A stretch of DNA of 50,893 nucleotides, from positions 1 to 50,893 of the forward strand of contig JAYZQJ010000190.1 of the NCBI GenBank assembly GCA_036149055.1. Reading direction: 5' to 3'. Positions 45,999 to 50,893 of this stretch are shown here, piece after piece. Under the pieces are notes generated by a model. That model saw nothing but the letters and a program-made list of their open reading frames with translations, had not been told where the DNA came from and ran no database searches. The number at the start of each line of letters is the position of its first letter. The first letter of the stretch is position 1. The translations under genes and the position numbers were made by a program. The stretch is from Myxococcota bacterium. Its GTDB lineage: Bacteria > Myxococcota_A > Polyangia > Polyangiales > Sandaracinaceae.

Positions 45999-46998
45999 CG
46001 CCGTAGCGGGGGTCGCCGGGGGTGAGCGCGAGGGTCTGGCGGATGTCGCCGTACCGCGTGGAGACGCTCTTGGCGGCGACGCCGTAGCGCTGGGCGACGC
46101 TGGCCTGGGTGACGCCGGCGCCGCTGATGAGGGCGATGGCGTAGTGTACGGCGGCCGCGCAGATCTCGGGCTTCTTCACCCGGGGCTCGCGCTCGTCGCG
46201 GTAGTCGGCCCACATCGCGCGGGCGCGCTCGCGGATCTCGGCGCTGAAGCCGTCGTCGCGCATGTGGCGCTCGAGCAGGACCTCGACGATGGCGTCGGCG
46301 GTGCGGCAGCCGCGCTCGACCCGCTCGAACGACGGCTTCGGGGCCTCGGACGGACCGCCGCGGCGACCGCTGCCGACCGGGAGGGACGGCTCGTCGGGCG
46401 GAGCGCCGCGCTGGATCCAGTCGAGGAGCGTCGCGTGGTCCTTGCTCTCGGGGGCGGCCATCGCCGCCTCCTCCGCGAGGGCGAGCGCGTCGTCGAGGCG
46501 TCCGCAGCGGGCGAGGCAGTGGGCCGCGCTCGCCGTGATCTCGTGCTCGGGCGGGTCGGCGTGATCGAGCGCCATCTGCAGGTGCGGCAGGGCGGCGCGC
46601 GGCTCGTCGAGCGCGACGTCGAGCAGGTGCCCGAGGTTGTGGTGATACCAGGGGTTGTTCGGCGTGATCGCGAGCGCGCGACGGTAGCCCGCCACCGCGG
46701 AGCGGTAGTTGCCGAGCAGGGCCTGGGCGAGCGCCATCAGCGAGTGCGAGACGTCGTCGTTCGGGTGCGCCGCGATGACCTTGCGGAGGTGCAGGGCGGC
46801 CCGCCACGGATCGCGCTCGAGGCGAAGCTCGGCGAGGTGTCGGTGCGCGAACACCTGCGCGGGGTCGCCCTCCGGCGCCATGCCGAGCAGCCGCTCGAGC
46901 AGGGGCTCGACGACCTTGCGTCCCCGGCCTTCGTCGAGCGCGCGTTCCACGCGTCGTCGAAGGCCGTCCACGCCGTGCTCGTCGCGTTGGCCAACCAT
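45994..46998 (-). CDS. TPR protein with C-terminal TFIIB/cyclin-like HTH domain
   Basis: TPRs (ALAQALLGNYRSAVAGYRRALAITPNNPWYHHNLGHLL); C-terminal KKPEICAAAVHYA..VTQASVAQRYGVAAKSVSTRYGDI. Confidence 0.8.
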   Translation of the reverse strand: MVGQRDEHGVDGLRRRVERALDEGRGRKVVEPLLERLLGMAPEGDPAQVFAHRHLAELRLERDPWRAALHLRKVIAAHPNDDVSHSLMALAQALLGNYRSAVAGYRRALAITPNNPWYHHNLGHLLDVALDEPRAALPHLQMALDHADPPEHEITASAAHCLARCGRLDDALALAEEAAMAAPESKDHATLLDWIQRGAPPDEPSLPVGSGRRGGPSEAPKPSFERVERGCRTADAIVEVLLERHMRDDGFSAEIRERARAMWADYRDEREPRVKKPEICAAAVHYAIALISGAGVTQASVAQRYGVAAKSVSTRYGDIRQTLALTPGDPRYGA

Positions 46999-47006
46999 GC
47001 TCCGAC

Positions 47007-47035
47007 CGTATAGCCGGGCGATTTTTCGGTGGCAA
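47007..47035 (-). promoter_or_regulatory. Sigma70-type promoter of the TPR-HTH gene, probably leaderless
   Basis: TTGCCA-N17-TATACG, then 8 nt to the ATG at 46998; no strong SD. Confidence 0.5.
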
Positions 47036-47048
47036 GACCGCCCGCCGA

Positions 47049-47765
47049 TCAGCGGCGGCGCGCGACCAGCACGAGGAAGCCGCCGAACCAGCGCAGAGGC
47101 GAGCCCACCAGCGCGCGCTCGGTGGCGGCGACGAGCGGACCGAGGGGCGTCGCGTGCACCGCGGCGGCCGGGGTCACCACGCGCACGCCGTGGACCGAGA
47201 CGACCTCGAGCGAGGGCGGCAACGCCGCGAGCGCCTCGCGCGGCGAGTGCCAGCGGGTGGGGATGTCCGACTCTCTGTGGGCCCGACCGATCGCGCGCGC
47301 TCCGGCGGCGCGCCGGGCCAGCCAGCGCAGGCTCCACCGGTTGTAGAGCTCGATCACCACGTGCCCGCCGGGCCGCGTGACGCGCGCCATCTCGGAGAGC
47401 GCGAGGTCGAGCTCCGGCACGTGGGCCAGCACCTTGAAGCTGCAGGTGACGTCGAAGCTCTCGTCGGCGAAGGGGAGGGCGGTCACCGAGCCTTGCACGA
47501 CCTCGAGGCCCCGCGAGCGCGCCTTCGAGAGCATGCCCGGCGAGAGATCCACGCCGACCGCCTCCCGCGCGACGCGGGTGAGGTGATCGAGGATGAGCCC
47601 GGTGCCGCAGCCGGCCTCGAGCACGCGCTTGCCCGCGGCGAGCGGCTTGACCACGCCGACCTCGAGCTCGTCGATGAGCGCGTGGTAGCCGCGGTCGCGG
47701 CCGCGGTCGTAGCTGGCGCTGAAGTCGTCGTAGTAGCGCCGCGCGCGCTCGGTCACGTCGCTCAT
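47049..47765 (-). CDS. Class I SAM-dependent methyltransferase
   Basis: VLEAGCGTG, GVDLSPGML, LPFADESFDV and EMARVTRPGG; ATGA overlap with the upstream glycosyltransferase. Confidence 0.9.
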   Translation of the reverse strand: MSDVTERARRYYDDFSASYDRGRDRGYHALIDELEVGVVKPLAAGKRVLEAGCGTGLILDHLTRVAREAVGVDLSPGMLSKARSRGLEVVQGSVTALPFADESFDVTCSFKVLAHVPELDLALSEMARVTRPGGHVVIELYNRWSLRWLARRAAGARAIGRAHRESDIPTRWHSPREALAALPPSLEVVSVHGVRVVTPAAAVHATPLGPLVAATERALVGSPLRWFGGFLVLVARRR

Positions 47766-48826
47766 GAGAGCAGCTCGTCGTAGAGCGTTTCGTAGGCCTC
47801 GATCATCGCGCGCGGGTCGTAGCGCTCCTCGGCCGCGCGTCGAGCCGCCTCTCCCGCGTCGCGTCGGGCGCGCGCGTCGCTCGCCAGCGCGTCGAGGGTC
47901 TCGGCCAGCGCGCCGGGCGGGCAGGCCAGGGCGCCGCCGCCGTCCGCGAGCTCGTCGGCGGGGGAGCCCTCGAGCACGACCACCGGGCGGGCCAGCCACA
48001 TCGCCTCGAGCAGCACGAGGGGGAGATCCATCTTGCCGTAGAGGTCGAGGCTGGGGAGGCACACGACGTCGGCGGCGCCGAGCAGATCGTGGATGCGGTC
48101 CGTCTCGCCGACCCAGACCGTGCCCTCGGGCGCGTCGGCGCGGAGGCGGCGCTCGGCGTCGGCGGCGCCGGCGGTCTTGGCGCGACACGCCATCACGAAG
48201 GTCGCGTCCGCGCGCATCCGGCGAGCGGCGTCGAGGAAGCGCCCCGCGCCGTCGCCGAGCTCGAGGTCCCCCGGGAAGACGATGACCGGGCGGTCGCCGA
48301 GCCCGAACGCGGCGCGCGCCTCGGCCTGCGCCTCGGTGCTCGGTCGCTCGAGGGGGGGCACGCTCGGCGGGATGCGGACGACGCCGCGCACCCCCGCGTC
48401 CTCGAGGGTGCGGGCGGCGTGCCGGCTCAGCACCACCGTGCGGTCGGCGAAGAAGAGGCTGGGGGTCACGACGCGCGGTCGGCTGCACACGGACTGCACG
48501 GTCGGGACCCGGCGCAGCGCGGAGAGGGCGCGCCCGGCGTGGCTGCTCTTCGGGTTGGGGGCGAAGAAGAAGTGCCAGAGATCCGCCCGGCGGCCGACCG
48601 CGAGGCGCGACAGGACCCGGAGCTGGGCGCCGAGCCCCGGGGCGAAGCGACCGGCGCCGCGATAGACCGGCTCGAGCCGCGCGGAGCCGAGCGAGGCGAC
48701 GGAGCCGTCCCCCATCGCGAGCGCGCGGTGCCGGCTCAGGCCGCGCGCCACGTCCCGCGCGAGGTTCTTGCTGCTGTCGTTCCAGGGGGGAGCGAGCGGC
48801 TTCGAGACGAGGAGGACCTGGCCCAT
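47762..48826 (-). CDS. Glycosyltransferase family 4 (GT-B)
   Basis: ADVVCLPS..PLVLLEAMWLARPVV, ARAAFGL and ERYD..YETLYDELL. Alternative start at 48841. Confidence 0.85.
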   Translation of the reverse strand: MGQVLLVSKPLAPPWNDSSKNLARDVARGLSRHRALAMGDGSVASLGSARLEPVYRGAGRFAPGLGAQLRVLSRLAVGRRADLWHFFFAPNPKSSHAGRALSALRRVPTVQSVCSRPRVVTPSLFFADRTVVLSRHAARTLEDAGVRGVVRIPPSVPPLERPSTEAQAEARAAFGLGDRPVIVFPGDLELGDGAGRFLDAARRMRADATFVMACRAKTAGAADAERRLRADAPEGTVWVGETDRIHDLLGAADVVCLPSLDLYGKMDLPLVLLEAMWLARPVVVLEGSPADELADGGGALACPPGALAETLDALASDARARRDAGEAARRAAEERYDPRAMIEAYETLYDELLS

Positions 48827-48903
48827 GGGCTGTCGGCGCATAGTGGATCGAGGGTGAGCCTGGCAAGCTTGACCGCGCCTGAGGCGGGCATTAGGAGGTC
48901 GCC

Positions 48904-49449
48904 GTGAGCGAGCACGACGAGCCCGACGAGGGTGAAGAGGACCTGTTCGAGGAGGGTCCCGAGGCAGAGGCCGATCCGGCGGAGCGTCGTCGGCGTCGCC
49001 TCGAGCGCATCCTGCCGCAGGTGCTGAAGCGCGCCATCGAGCGCGGGCTCGAGAAGGGGTTCGAGACGATCAGCGATCCCGGCGAGGCCCTCCGCGGCGT
49101 CGTCGGCGAGAACGTGAAGCTGCCCAAGGAGATCGTCGGCTACATCTTCTCGCAGGTCGAGGAGACGAAGAACGGGATGGTCCGGGTGGTCGCGCACGAG
49201 ATCCGCGACTTCCTCGAGGCGACCGATCTGTCGAAGGAGCTCCAGAAGGCGCTCACCAGCCTCTCGTTCGAGATCCGCACCGAGATCCGCTTCATCCCCA
49301 ACGAGGCGGGCGGCGTCCGCCCGGACGTGAAGGCCTCGATCCCCAAGGTGCGAGGCAAGCGGGACAAGACCTCGAAGAAGGACGAGAAGAGGCGCGGCAC
49401 GGTGCCTCCTCCCTCCGCCGACGAAGAGCCCGACGACGACGAAGAGTGA
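48904..49449 (+). CDS. Hypothetical helical protein with acidic termini
   Basis: AGGAGG SD before GTG; codon usage typical of the window; core LPKEIVGYIFSQVEETKN..EIRDFLE..LSFEIRTEIRFIP. Confidence 0.8.
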   Translation: MSEHDEPDEGEEDLFEEGPEAEADPAERRRRRLERILPQVLKRAIERGLEKGFETISDPGEALRGVVGENVKLPKEIVGYIFSQVEETKNGMVRVVAHEIRDFLEATDLSKELQKALTSLSFEIRTEIRFIPNEAGGVRPDVKASIPKVRGKRDKTSKKDEKRRGTVPPPSADEEPDDDEE

Positions 49450-49476
49450 AGCTGCGGCAAATATTGCCGCAGCTTC
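49448..49476. promoter_or_regulatory. Perfect 13-bp inverted repeat (terminator or operator)
   Basis: GAAGCTGCGGCAA-ata-TTGCCGCAGCTTC immediately at the stop codon. Confidence 0.5.
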
Positions 49477-49594
49477 CGCGCGCGTCAGCGCGCGAGATGG
49501 GGTGGGAGTCTCGCACGATGAGGGCGGGGACGACGACGACGCGAGTGACCTCGACCGCTTCGACCGAATCCTCCATAACCGGTGCGGGGGAATC

Positions 49595-50368
49595 GTGAGG
49601 ACGGGGGTCATCGTCGCGCTCATCGCCTGCGCCGGCTGCGTGCCGGGATCGCAGGACTTCGTCGTCGTCGATCCGGGCGATGGAGGCGCCACGGTCCGCG
49701 ACGCGGCCACGGCGGGTGACGGCGGGACCGGCGCGCGGGGCGCGGTGCTCGCCAGCGTCGCGCGCTGCGAAGACGCTCTCTCGGCCATCCTCGGCCAGGC
49801 CGACTTCGACGGGGACACGGGTGACTTCACGCTCTTCCCGGTCAGCGGCGGCGCCAGCCTCGAGGAGGGCCACCTCGTCCTCCCGAGCCCGGAGACCTGG
49901 CTCCTGTCGCGAGACATGTTCGTCTTCGGCGACACCGCCGCCTGCGCGGAGGTGGAGCTCACCTTCGCGGAGGTGGAGGACGGAACCGGGTTCCTCTTCG
50001 GCCTGCGCGGCACGGAGCACGGAACCTTGCTGCGGCTGAGCCCGGCCGGCCAGGCGCTCCAGCTCACCACCTTCGAGCCCGCCTCCACCCGGGTCGACGC
50101 CGCCGCGCTCGCGGTCCCGACCGACGGCGCCACCGCGCGCTTCGTGGTCTTCTCCTTCGTGGGCGAAGGTTACGCGCACGCCGAAGCGCGCCGCCTCGAC
50201 GACGGCTCCGTCGCCGCGGCCCACGGCCCCTACGGCGGCGCCGCCGAGCCCCTCGCCGTCGAGCTCACCCTCTTCGCGCCCGACGTCGCCCGCGCCCGCG
50301 TCGACCGCCTCGCGGTGGGACGCCTCACCCCCGAAGCCCGCGCTCGCCTCGACACCTGGAGCGAGTGA
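49595..50368 (+). CDS. Hypothetical lipoprotein
   Basis: GGGGGA SD before GTG 49595; signal peptide and lipobox VIVALIACAGC; beta-rich body. Confidence 0.65.
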   Translation: MRTGVIVALIACAGCVPGSQDFVVVDPGDGGATVRDAATAGDGGTGARGAVLASVARCEDALSAILGQADFDGDTGDFTLFPVSGGASLEEGHLVLPSPETWLLSRDMFVFGDTAACAEVELTFAEVEDGTGFLFGLRGTEHGTLLRLSPAGQALQLTTFEPASTRVDAAALAVPTDGATARFVVFSFVGEGYAHAEARRLDDGSVAAAHGPYGGAAEPLAVELTLFAPDVARARVDRLAVGRLTPEARARLDTWSE

Positions 50369-50399
50369 GCTCCGCCTCGGAGCCGCCTGGGAAAGCCCT

Positions 50400-50582
50400 G
50401 GGACGGAGTTTCCTTGTTGCCGAACGCACGTTCCGGCCGCGAGGAGACCGCGATGCGGTCGCTCCAGCCGTGAGAGTCGCGGGAAATTCGAGCCGAACGT
50501 GCCTCCGCACGGCCTCGGACCGGCGCCCCAGCCCACGCCGGGCCCGCCCGAGCCCGGTTGGGCAACAAGGAAACTCCGTCCC
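50400..50582. mobile_element. MITE-like 183-bp element with 22-bp perfect terminal inverted repeats
   Basis: GGGACGGAGTTTCCTTGTTGCC (50400-50421) and GGCAACAAGGAAACTCCGTCCC (50561-50582); no transposase and no clear target-site duplication. Confidence 0.5.
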
Positions 50583-50728
50583 CAACTCGGCTTCGCGCTG
50601 CCACAATGCGCGGGGGCTGCCCGAGCCCGCTTCCACGACGACTGACCGAGACGACGGCAGGCGACGAGCGCAGCAAGGTCGCCGCACGCGCCACCACCTG
50701 TGTTCGATCCCGCGGCAGCGGGCGGCCA

Positions 50729-50834
50729 GCTCGCGCGCAGCGCGAGCGCGAGCCGCAGGGGACCCAGCGCTCCGCGCTGGGGGCGGGGTCGAGCGGAGCG
50801 AGGCCCCGGAGTGGGTGGGGGGGCCCCGCGGAGC
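50729..50834. repeat. REP-like cluster of GCGNAGC triloop hairpins
   Basis: GCTCGCGC-gca-GCGCGAGC, CCCAGCGC-tcc-GCGCTGGG, and further GCGGAGC motifs within G-rich flanks. Confidence 0.4.
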
Positions 50835-50893
50835 AGGTACAGCGGCGCGTGCGTAGGGCGCGGATGCGCCCGGAGTCGCGTGCCGTTGTGCCG

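Noticed and set aside
44834..47035. ORFs crossing the repeat arrays (44834..47035 -, 45218..45874 +, 45814..47013 + and others)
   Set aside because: They are translations of repeats whose unit lengths are not multiples of 3, with no SD and no recognisable domain.
50230..50856. ORFs 50365..50856 +, 50230..50697 - and 50325..50687 -
   Set aside because: They run through the inverted-repeat and hairpin elements and have atypical, Arg/Ala/Ser-rich composition; probably non-coding.

Overview
Very GC-rich bacterial chromosome window, most consistent with Myxococcota (Polyangiales/Sandaracinaceae-like). This is inferred from the Cys-rich repeat lipoproteins, vWA lipoproteins, membrane Ser/Thr kinase with PEGA-like domain and TSP3-OmpA. 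The backbone is housekeeping: probable scpA tail, scpB, glyQS, ppdK-like, mutS, pheA-hisC-aroA-cmk-rpsA, clpS-clpA-aat and cobA/hemD. It is interspersed with many lipoprotein genes. I found no rRNA, tRNA, CRISPR-cas, transposase or integrase genes. The most unusual items are: (1) a 1.1-kb non-coding region (44886-45998) of two different tandem arrays (4 + 7 units) facing each other and sharing an inverted ~35-bp GGA-rich core; (2) the adjacent TPR gene ending in a TFIIB/cyclin-like HTH; (3) two head-to-head Cys-repeat lipoprotein paralogs with near-identical inverted DNA blocks; (4) a PPDK with intact ATP-grasp and phospho-His domains but a shrunken, degenerate pyruvate barrel; (5) very large minisatellite-encoded acidic tails on ScpB and its upstream partner; (6) a MITE-like element with 22-bp perfect inverted repeats next to a GCGNAGC hairpin cluster; and (7) several apparently leaderless promoters. 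All family assignments come from reading motifs by eye; no searches were run.
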